Positions 29,032 to 36,763 of a DNA stretch of 64,000 nt are shown piece after piece. The position numbers were made by a program, and so were the translations under genes. Below the pieces are notes generated by a model. That model had not been told where the DNA came from. It worked only from the letters and a program-made list of their open reading frames with translations, and made no database searches. Source of the DNA: Bdellovibrio sp. (GTDB lineage: Bacteria > Bdellovibrionota > Bdellovibrionia > Bdellovibrionales > Bdellovibrionaceae). The stretch covers positions 1,152,001 to 1,216,000 of the forward strand of contig JAKFCY010000002.1 in the NCBI GenBank assembly GCA_036676395.1. The letters are read 5' to 3'. Positions within the stretch are counted from its first letter, which is position 1, and every line of letters begins with the position of its first letter.

Positions 29032-30462
29032 TTACTGTTGTGCAGCTTGAATCACAGCGCGGCAGTCAGGAACTGCTTGGCCAGTGAAAGCTGAATCAAG
29101 GTCTAGATCAAGTGATAATTGACCTGCTTTACAAGTGTTAACTAACACGTTTACTGAGTGAGCCACGTTGGTTTTAAATGTATTGATATCAGTAGCCGTC
29201 ATACCAGTTTCTAATTTGAAGAAAGCTTGGCCTTCAGCTGTATTGATTAGCTTGTAAAGTTTTAAAAGTTTTTCGAAAGTCTCTGGGTTAAAGTGACGTA
29301 CACCTTCTAATAATTTACCGTTTTTAATATGGTTTTCTTTAGCTACGCCACAGTCGTTATCTTTCATCATCATCTTTTTAAGCATCAATGTACCAGCTGG
29401 GTAAGTTTTGCCAGCAGCGATGTCTTTTTTAGATAACGAATCTAATTTATCAACTTTAGTTTTGCCAGTAGTTGCATCTTTAACGATAGCGTAAGCTTCC
29501 ATTGTGTAATGTAAGTTACCTAAACGATCTTGTTGGCTTAACATAGTATCTAATAAAATCATATCAGCTACGTTTTGCATTTTTAATACTTCTTGAGCGT
29601 TATTTTGATTAAAGTTAGTTAAACCCTGACCGCTTAATGAAGCACCGTTAGCTAAACGAGCGTAAGTAGTATTTTTGGCTTTAAAGTTCGCAGTACGAGT
29701 TGGTTGATCAGAACCACCGTTAAACATTTCAGAGTATTTTTCTTCTTTTGAAGGATTCATTTGTAAAGCACCGAAGCTGTATTTGTAATCGTCAGTGAAA
29801 ATGTTTGTAGCTTTGGCGTGAGCAGAACCTTTAGTAAGGATACCTAAGATACCTTCCCAAGTTTGTTGGATTAAAGGTTTAACTGGAGCTGGTTTACCTT
29901 TAGCCGCAGCAGCTTTAACTAGTTTTTGATATTCAGCATCTAAGATGTTCCAAGTTTTAGTACCGATCGCTTTGTGAGTTGCAGCATCAACAGTTCTTAA
30001 AACTGCAGGGGGAACTTGATTGATATTACCTAAGAAACGAGAAACTTGATAATAAGATAATAATGACGGAGTGTAGCTGCAGCTAGTACTTTGTTTGTAC
30101 TTAGCTAATTTTTTAAATGTGTTGTCATCAGATGCACCACCTGGCTTTGGTACGAAACAGTTTTTAGCTTCGATTTGAGCGGCAGTCATGCCTTCTTCGA
30201 TTTTGAAAAATTCAACACCTGGGTTTGTACTTTCTATTTTACCGCAAACAGCTACGTTTTTAGAAATATTCATCGCGCAAAGATCTCTTTCGCGCTCTAA
30301 GTCTTTTTTAGAAAATTTTGAGCCTTCAAGACGGTTAGGGATAAAGCAAAGCTCACCGCGGTCTAAAGCGATTTTTTCAGCGCCACGACCTGGCATATTC
30401 GGCGTTAATGTAGCGTGTGCTAACATCGGGGCTAATAAGACCATAACTACTGTTTTTTTCAT
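29032..30462 (-). CDS. Exported atypical kinase-like protein (Fam20C/four-jointed/CotH-like fold)
   Basis: AKYK, [8 protein letters not shown]...[25 protein letters not shown] and MKDNDCG occur in the same order as the Fam20C core motifs; signal peptide ending AHA; eight Cys. Confidence 0.65.
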   Translation of the reverse strand: [476 protein letters not shown]

Positions 30463-30519
30463 AAAATCCTCTTTCTTTTTTATAAATATCTTTAAATCAA
30501 AAATCTAAAATTAATAAAT

Positions 30520-31950
30520 CTAGTCACCGTCATTTTTAATCAGCTCTGCCGCTGAAGCGCGTAAGTAATTAAACTTACCCGGGTGAAGAAGGCTCGTTAC
30601 AAACCCGTCATAAAGACTAACTACGTTTTCAATCACCGGGCGATCAAAGGGTTGGCTTTGTACCAGAGCGCGTGATTCTTTATCGCTGAATTTGACTCCC
30701 ATAACATCGACAACTAAGTTGATTGGTAATTTTAATTCTACGTGGCGGGCATCAGCATCGCCTGTGACTAAACGGCTATTGTTTTTTAATACGTAAGTTG
30801 GATCTTTTAAACCTTTTGCAGAATACATATTTCCTAAATAAACACCCTGGCTGCGATCAATCGTCGTTTGAAAGCCTGCTGTCGATTCAAAAGCACTGCG
30901 GTGATAAGCCGTCGCACCTTCAATTTGTAAGAAGTTTGGATTTCCAGCGATACCTTCGGCTAATACGGCAAAGATCGCTTTAGCGCGTGCTTCTAAAGCA
31001 GGGTCTTTAGCTATGATTTCTTGAGTTAATTTTTCAAGGCGAGCTTGTGATTCAGCTTGTCTTTCAGCTGCTGTTTTAGATTTTAACGTAGCAAACAACA
31101 TATCAACTTGGCTTTGAGATAAAGTGACATCAAGCTTTTGCACGTTATGATTGCCGTTTAAGTTTTTGTATTTCGGGCTTTGGATAATATCATCAAGAGC
31201 TGATTTGATTTCTAATTTGTATGATTTTCCGTGCGGGGCAAACATTTTAAAAGTAGTGCCAAAACGTGTTTGCATGTCAGCTAAGTTTAAAATCTTACTT
31301 TCGCCGTTTACATGAAGATCAAATAAGCCATCAGATTTTTTTGTAATCGTTACTTTAGAGCCATTCGCTAATGAACCAGCAACTGGAACATCCGCAGTCA
31401 TTTTTTCAAAGTTCACTTCGCGTAAGTAAGTTCTGATGCGCGGTTGGTGTTTAGCATTGCCATGGGCATCAATTAAAGGCTTAGTGTAATAAGTAAAGGT
31501 ACTGTCAGTAGCACCTTCTGGTGGTGGGGCATCACGCACGGTTAATTTATCATTAGTGTTTGTTTCGCCTTTAGTTTGTAGTTCGAACATACGCTGGTGA
31601 ACTTGGCGCGTAAAACCTTCAGATGTTGAATCTAAACCATCTAAAACCTTTTCTAAAGTTTCAGGCGATAAATTTTGTTTAATCAATTTGTTAACATAAT
31701 CATTTGAACGTTGAACTGATAATTTAGTTTTCCATTCACTGCGCCAAACTGTTGCAAGTTTTCCAGTTAAAGTCGCGCGTAAGTTTTTTAATAAAGTAAC
31801 ATAGCGGTTTTCTTCAACTTGAACTTTATCAACAATTCTGGTTGGCGGAGCCGCTTTGCCGGCGAACAAATCAACGCAGGCATTGGCAGCCACTGCATTT
31901 GCAGAATAAATTTGAGCGACTAAGATAAGTGGTAATAATTGTTTTTTCAT
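30520..31950 (-). CDS. Exported VTC-domain/CYTH-like triphosphate tunnel metalloenzyme
   Basis: Ordered motifs RSEWK, TYYT, PRIRTY, KLEIK, YHRSAF, TTIDR, VELK, GKF; signal peptide. Confidence 0.7.
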   Translation of the reverse strand: MKKQLLPLILVAQIYSANAVAANACVDLFAGKAAPPTRIVDKVQVEENRYVTLLKNLRATLTGKLATVWRSEWKTKLSVQRSNDYVNKLIKQNLSPETLEKVLDGLDSTSEGFTRQVHQRMFELQTKGETNTNDKLTVRDAPPPEGATDSTFTYYTKPLIDAHGNAKHQPRIRTYLREVNFEKMTADVPVAGSLANGSKVTITKKSDGLFDLHVNGESKILNLADMQTRFGTTFKMFAPHGKSYKLEIKSALDDIIQSPKYKNLNGNHNVQKLDVTLSQSQVDMLFATLKSKTAAERQAESQARLEKLTQEIIAKDPALEARAKAIFAVLAEGIAGNPNFLQIEGATAYHRSAFESTAGFQTTIDRSQGVYLGNMYSAKGLKDPTYVLKNNSRLVTGDADARHVELKLPINLVVDVMGVKFSDKESRALVQSQPFDRPVIENVVSLYDGFVTSLLHPGKFNYLRASAAELIKNDGD

Positions 31951-31952
31951 AA

Positions 31953-33218
31953 TTATTTAACCCCAGGGTGTGTAGTAGGAATTTTACCTTGATCTTTAAT
32001 TAATTTAATAAATTCAGGATATTTGCTCGCATCAATTTCCATGACCATATACTGAATGCCTGGACCAGCAACCGAAGCTTTTTCTTCAGCGAACACGATG
32101 TAAGTGTGTTTTGATTTATTAAACTGGTCTACTTTTTCAAAAATCCAGGTTTGGTGCTCTTTAGAAAAAGCACTGCTGTGATCTAAACGGATTTCAGCTA
32201 AATTCGGACCATAATAAGGAGCTTTAGAGTCAAAGTGCGTTTTCATCTGTTTATTAAGCGCAATGACTTCAGAACGTAATTGTTGCGCCTGCTGCGGAAT
32301 TTCAATGTGGTTGATGCGCTCTGCCAGGTAAGCAGATGTTTCACGCGGAGCTGTGGCTATGACATGTGTAGCGATTGGTTCAGGGGTGGAGCTACTAACC
32401 ATATTAATTGGGTTTGTCGCAATTCCCGTAGCTAGAATGATAAAGCCCATACCGATGGCAGCTTTCATGGGTTCTTTGAATAAGACTTTGAAGAAAACAT
32501 CGCGGGCTCTGCGGTATTCAAAAACCAAACGAATTTTCGTCATTGAATTTGTGCGAAGTAATTGGCGTAGTTCATCTTTTTTGAAATACTCAAAAAACTT
32601 AGCAAGTTTATCGATCTTTGTTAATAGTGGGCCATCAATGATAAGCGGAATTTTAATTTTTGCATTAATACCGGCACCTAAAATATCACCCAGTTCATAC
32701 TCTGCTTTTTTAATTTTTACTTCGCTAGCTTTTAAAAAACCTTCAGCAACTTTTTTTGAACCCGTTCCTGTTGGCGTGCGCAAAGTGATTTTATCAACGA
32801 TAAACTGGCTTTTCTCGGTCGACATTGATTTATAAGTCACTTCAAAGTAATAGCCATCTTTAGCCGGGATACCGATTGAAAGTTCACCTTTAGTTAAAAC
32901 ATTTTTTTCTTCTAAGACATAAGATGAGTTTTGCAATAATAGACGCATCATCTCGATCGAGGCTTCTTCTGGTTTAGTTGAAAAACCCATTTCTTCAATA
33001 ACTAATTTTTCGACTACTTCAGAGTTCGTATGTCTTTTTAATTCTACACGATTTGAATTTGATTTAACTGGTTCAATAATAACAGGAATCTTGCGCGCGA
33101 CAGGTGCGGGTGCAGGCAATAACAAGATAGGTTCAAATAGCTGGCGGCAGCTATTGCCATAAGCAATCGATGAAGTGACGAAAGACAATGTGTATAAAAT
33201 GGCGACTAAGATTCTCAT
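31953..33218 (-). CDS. Hypothetical exported or membrane-anchored protein
   Basis: Start MRILV at 33218; signal peptide plus CRQLF; one internal hydrophobic helix (AAIGMGFIILATGIA); 2-nt gap to the VTC-like gene. Confidence 0.6.
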   Translation of the reverse strand: MRILVAILYTLSFVTSSIAYGNSCRQLFEPILLLPAPAPVARKIPVIIEPVKSNSNRVELKRHTNSEVVEKLVIEEMGFSTKPEEASIEMMRLLLQNSSYVLEEKNVLTKGELSIGIPAKDGYYFEVTYKSMSTEKSQFIVDKITLRTPTGTGSKKVAEGFLKASEVKIKKAEYELGDILGAGINAKIKIPLIIDGPLLTKIDKLAKFFEYFKKDELRQLLRTNSMTKIRLVFEYRRARDVFFKVLFKEPMKAAIGMGFIILATGIATNPINMVSSSTPEPIATHVIATAPRETSAYLAERINHIEIPQQAQQLRSEVIALNKQMKTHFDSKAPYYGPNLAEIRLDHSSAFSKEHQTWIFEKVDQFNKSKHTYIVFAEEKASVAGPGIQYMVMEIDASKYPEFIKLIKDQGKIPTTHPGVK

Positions 33219-33341
33219 ACCAGTTGGTATAATCAAGAAATGTACCGCCACGTCTGGTTATAGCTGGATTATATTGATTCTGAGTGTCTCATTTCGAGAG
33301 ACCGAGCGTGAAAAGGCACAGATTGATATGACACTGTCTAA

Positions 33342-34220
33342 TTATTTTTCACCCTCGTAACGGTAGCGTTCTAAGAACCACTCGACCCGGGTACGCATTT
33401 TGTCTGGAAATTCCACAAGGGTTGCATCAGTGATTTCGCCTTTAATAATTTGGGCCGCGTAGGCATCGCAAACTTCACCCAGCTTTTTATTCAGCTTTTT
33501 AAGAAAGTCGATTTGTTCATTATCGCCTTCATTTTTGTCGGCATTAAGTCTGACTTCGCCGCTCTTAAGTTCATGCTGAATTTGCATAAAACGTAAGATG
33601 TCGCGCATGTTCTTACGAACATCATGAAGCTCATCGACTTCCATTGTTCGTTTAGCCATAATTAAGCGTGTGTCTTTGATGATAGCTTCAAAGTAGGCTT
33701 TAACTGATTTTCTAGAAGCGGGCTTTATGTCTTTAAGTAAAGCTTCAAATTCAACATCTTTAAATTTTTTAATAAGTTTTTTTGCAGCTTGTTGCGCCTG
33801 GGCGCTTTCGCCGATATTTACCATGTCTTTAAGGTGACCAAAATCACGAACGAATTTGGCAAATTTATCAGGGCTTGCGTGGTCTTTACTTGAAGTCTGA
33901 AATACCGAACGTAAAAACGAAGTGTCTTGGCGAAATCTATTGATCTTCACTTTTTGCTCAGGCGTGATAACAGCTAGCCCTGTATAGCGAATGGTCATAA
34001 GAGTTGTTTTAAGATCTACTAAGTCAGCGTTAGCTAATAAGTTATAGTGAGCGGTCTCGAGAAAGCGCGCAGATTCTTTTTTGCCATTTAACGTGATAAT
34101 GAATTCTTTAACTTCATACTCTTTCGGCTCAAATAGGTTTCTGCAAGCTAATGCCTGAGCATTTACCTTAAGAGATACCAGCGTTAAAATCAGAATGAAA
34201 AAAGTTTTACATACGTTCAT
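33342..34220 (-). CDS. Exported CHAD-like domain protein
   Basis: Helical and basic; INRFRQ...LRSVF, FGHLKD, ELHDVRKNMRDILRF and LKKLNKKLGEVCD match the two CHAD half-repeats; signal peptide. Confidence 0.68.
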   Translation of the reverse strand: MNVCKTFFILILTLVSLKVNAQALACRNLFEPKEYEVKEFIITLNGKKESARFLETAHYNLLANADLVDLKTTLMTIRYTGLAVITPEQKVKINRFRQDTSFLRSVFQTSSKDHASPDKFAKFVRDFGHLKDMVNIGESAQAQQAAKKLIKKFKDVEFEALLKDIKPASRKSVKAYFEAIIKDTRLIMAKRTMEVDELHDVRKNMRDILRFMQIQHELKSGEVRLNADKNEGDNEQIDFLKKLNKKLGEVCDAYAAQIIKGEITDATLVEFPDKMRTRVEWFLERYRYEGEK

Positions 34221-34302
34221 CGTTAGAGAATATAACGGTTTCGCACTGTTGATTTCAACTGTAATGATTCTGACAGTGAGTTGTCGAACTTATGATGGTT
34301 TT

Positions 34303-34334
34303 AAAAAACTAAGGCCACTCGAGGCGGCCTTAGT
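34303..34334 (-). terminator. Intrinsic terminator
   Basis: ACTAAGGCC/GGCCTTAGT stem followed by a T run on the minus strand. Confidence 0.7.
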
Positions 34335-34365
34335 AACACTTTTTGTCTAAATTAAGATTTTAAAA

Positions 34366-34734
34366 TTAGTAAGTATCTAAATCGTAAGACTGGCATTTGA
34401 TGGTAGAAACTGTCGCTTCGCAAGTAGTATTGATGGTTCCATCTCTCCAGCATTTTGTTAATACGTTGTTACGAACATGTGAAACAGTTTGCATGTAGAT
34501 TGAATCACTTGCGTAGAACACGAAGTACGTTGCTGCATTTGTGCATTTTAGTGTAGCCATTTTTTCGTCGGCGTTGTCTTGAGAAGTTTCGCATTGAAAT
34601 GCTGAAGACTGCGTGTTTAAAGCTTTTAAAAAACTTGGGCTAACGTCTTTCCAGTTACAGTTCGAGCCGGCCGCTGCAAAAGTCGTAACTTGTAAGAAAA
34701 TAATGATAGCTAAAATAACGCCCGCTCTGAACAT
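34366..34734 (-). CDS. Small Cys-rich exported protein
   Basis: Start MFRAG after AGGAG; signal peptide; six Cys. Confidence 0.65.
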   Translation of the reverse strand: MFRAGVILAIIIFLQVTTFAAAGSNCNWKDVSPSFLKALNTQSSAFQCETSQDNADEKMATLKCTNAATYFVFYASDSIYMQTVSHVRNNVLTKCWRDGTINTTCEATVSTIKCQSYDLDTY

Positions 34735-34936
34735 GAGAATCTCCTGCTTGATCTTTGAGTTCAATATTTTGAATGGTTGAGGTGATAGCTTAACGAGCGG
34801 ATATTGTTGAGCTATTGTTTAAGGGGGGCTCAGAATCGTGAAGATTTTGCAAGGGCACCAGGGGCGGTTTAAATCGATCTTAAAGGGGAGGGTTGGTCTG
34901 GCCGAGAGCAAAAAATAGGCACCATTGATTTCAGCC

Positions 34937-34965
34937 TTGCCACCTGGGTGGCCATAGTCTAATTT
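34937..34965 (+). promoter_or_regulatory. Putative rpmI-rplT promoter
   Basis: TTGCCA-17 nt-TAATTT. Confidence 0.5.
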
Positions 34966-35047
34966 AACCCTTCAAATTAAGGCTAACAGTTGAGCTATCA
35001 AGTAAACTGAATATTTCAGTTTCGCCCTGTTGGAGGAAGGTTAGACT

Positions 35048-35242
35048 ATGTCTAAAATGAAAACGCACTCTGGTGCAAAAAAACGCATGCGCGTTCTACC
35101 GTCTGGTAAAGTTAAGCGCAAACAAACAAAAATGCGTCACTTAAACTCACACATGAGTTCAAAAACTAAACGTCATTTAGGCCAAACGGTTTTGGTTGCT
35201 GACTCTAACATGCTTCAAGTGAAGCGCCAATTCGGTTTCTAA
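35048..35242 (+). CDS. rpmI: 50S ribosomal protein bL35
   Basis: MSKMKTHSGAKKR...GKVKR; GGAGG SD. Confidence 0.97.
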   Translation: MSKMKTHSGAKKRMRVLPSGKVKRKQTKMRHLNSHMSSKTKRHLGQTVLVADSNMLQVKRQFGF

Positions 35243-35254
35243 GAGGAGTAGCTC

Positions 35255-35602
35255 ATGGCACGTGTAAAATCGGGGATGACTAATCGTCGTCGCCACAAAA
35301 AAGTTTTAAAAAGAACAAAAGGTTACTATTCAGCGGGTTCACGCTCATACACTCACGCGGTTGAAAAAAATGACCGTGGTATGGTGTTCGCTTATAAACA
35401 CAGAAAAATGAAAAAACGTAACTTCCGTATGCTTTGGACACAAAGAATCAATGCGGCAGCTCGTTTAAACGGTACAACGTACTCTCGCTTAATCGGTGGA
35501 TTAATCAAAGCGGGCATTACTTTAGATCGTAAAGTTTTATCTGATATCGCTATCACTGATGCAGCGGCATTCACTGCTTTGTGTCAGCACGCGATCAAAT
35601 AG
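35255..35602 (+). CDS. rplT: 50S ribosomal protein bL20
   Basis: MARVKSG, KKRNFRMLWTQRINAAAR and LDRKVLSDIA motifs. Confidence 0.98.
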   Translation: MARVKSGMTNRRRHKKVLKRTKGYYSAGSRSYTHAVEKNDRGMVFAYKHRKMKKRNFRMLWTQRINAAARLNGTTYSRLIGGLIKAGITLDRKVLSDIAITDAAAFTALCQHAIK

Positions 35603-35650
35603 TCTAATTTCTTATTAGATGTCGCTACGAAGTGGCGCAAAATATTTGCA

Positions 35651-35680
35651 AAAGGCGAGAGAAATCTCGCCTTTTTTTTT
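35651..35680 (+). terminator. Intrinsic terminator after rplT
   Basis: AAAGGCGAGA-GAAA-TCTCGCCTTTTTTTTT. Confidence 0.9.
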
Positions 35681-35701
35681 ACTTAGGACTACTCTCTCAA
35701 C

Positions 35702-36763
35702 ATGTCTGCAAATTACTCTGATAAACATGCCGCATTTGAGCAACGCAAGAAAGCTCACATTGATCTGTCTCTCGATCCGAGAACTCAAGGAAAGACAGCG
35801 TCGCATTTTGATAAAATCAAATTAATCCATGAAGCGCTTCCAGAAATTAATTTATCTGACGTTACTTTAGAAACTAAACTTTTAGGCTTTCAATTTTCAT
35901 CTCCACACTTTGTCAGTTCAATGACTGCCGGTCATCAGAACAGCAAAGTGATTAATATGCGTTTAGCAAAGGCGGCTGCCCAAAATAATTGGTTAATGGC
36001 CGTAGGTTCACAGCGTCGTGAACTTTCTGATTCGCAAGCCTCATTCGAATGGCAAGTCATTAAATCAGCGTCACCGCAAACACAGTTTGTTTCAAACATC
36101 GGTCTTGAAGAGTTAATTCAACAACCGGTTTCTGAAATTTTAAAATTAACTGAATCTGTTGAAGCTCTTGGAATTTATGTGCACTTAAATCCCTTGCAAG
36201 AAGCTTTTCAAAACAAAGACCAAGCGAATTTTAAAAATGGCTTAGCGGCGATTAAAAAACTCTGCAAAGCATCTCCGGTTCCAGTTCTTGTGAAAGAAGT
36301 GGGCTACGGCATTTCAAAAACGACGGCGCAAAAATTATTGTTAGCTGGTGTTGAAGTGATTGATGTAGCTGGTAAAGGTGGAACTCATTGGGGTTTACTT
36401 GAAGGCTTACGTGATCAATCACAAGCGGGGTTATTGGCTGATTCAAGTCTTGCGTTTAAAGACTGGGGTTTTAGTGCCGTTGAAAGTTTGATCCAGTGTA
36501 AAACCTTAACGAAGAAAAATTCGTTCTGGGCTTCAGGTGGAATTCGTTCTGGTGTTGATTCAGCAAAGTGTTTAGCTTTAGGAGCGCGTGCAGTAGGTGT
36601 AGCGCAACCGTTAATGAAGGCGGCCATAGAATCTGACCAACATGTATTAGATGTTATGAATCGTTTTGATTACGAATTAAAAGTGGCTCTGTTTGGAGTC
36701 GGTGTCGCTGAACTTAAAGACTTAGCGAAAAAAAAGGTTTGTTATGTTAACGGAACTATTTAA
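35702..36763 (+). CDS. fni: Type 2 isopentenyl-diphosphate delta-isomerase (FMN-dependent)
   Basis: RKKAHI, HEALPE, SSMTAG, VGSQR, HLNPLQE, KEVGYG and ASGGIRSG motifs. Confidence 0.95.
   Translation: MSANYSDKHAAFEQRKKAHIDLSLDPRTQGKTASHFDKIKLIHEALPEINLSDVTLETKLLGFQFSSPHFVSSMTAGHQNSKVINMRLAKAAAQNNWLMAVGSQRRELSDSQASFEWQVIKSASPQTQFVSNIGLEELIQQPVSEILKLTESVEALGIYVHLNPLQEAFQNKDQANFKNGLAAIKKLCKASPVPVLVKEVGYGISKTTAQKLLLAGVEVIDVAGKGGTHWGLLEGLRDQSQAGLLADSSLAFKDWGFSAVESLIQCKTLTKKNSFWASGGIRSGVDSAKCLALGARAVGVAQPLMKAAIESDQHVLDVMNRFDYELKVALFGVGVAELKDLAKKKVCYVNGTI

Noticed and set aside
32353..32835. 160-aa plus-strand ORF within the exported-protein block
   Set aside because: Antisense shadow of the 31953-33218 gene; no SD or motif.
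27085..35047. Prophage or integrative element as the origin of the inserted block
   Set aside because: No integrase, transposase, phage structural gene, tRNA target or att-like direct repeat was seen.
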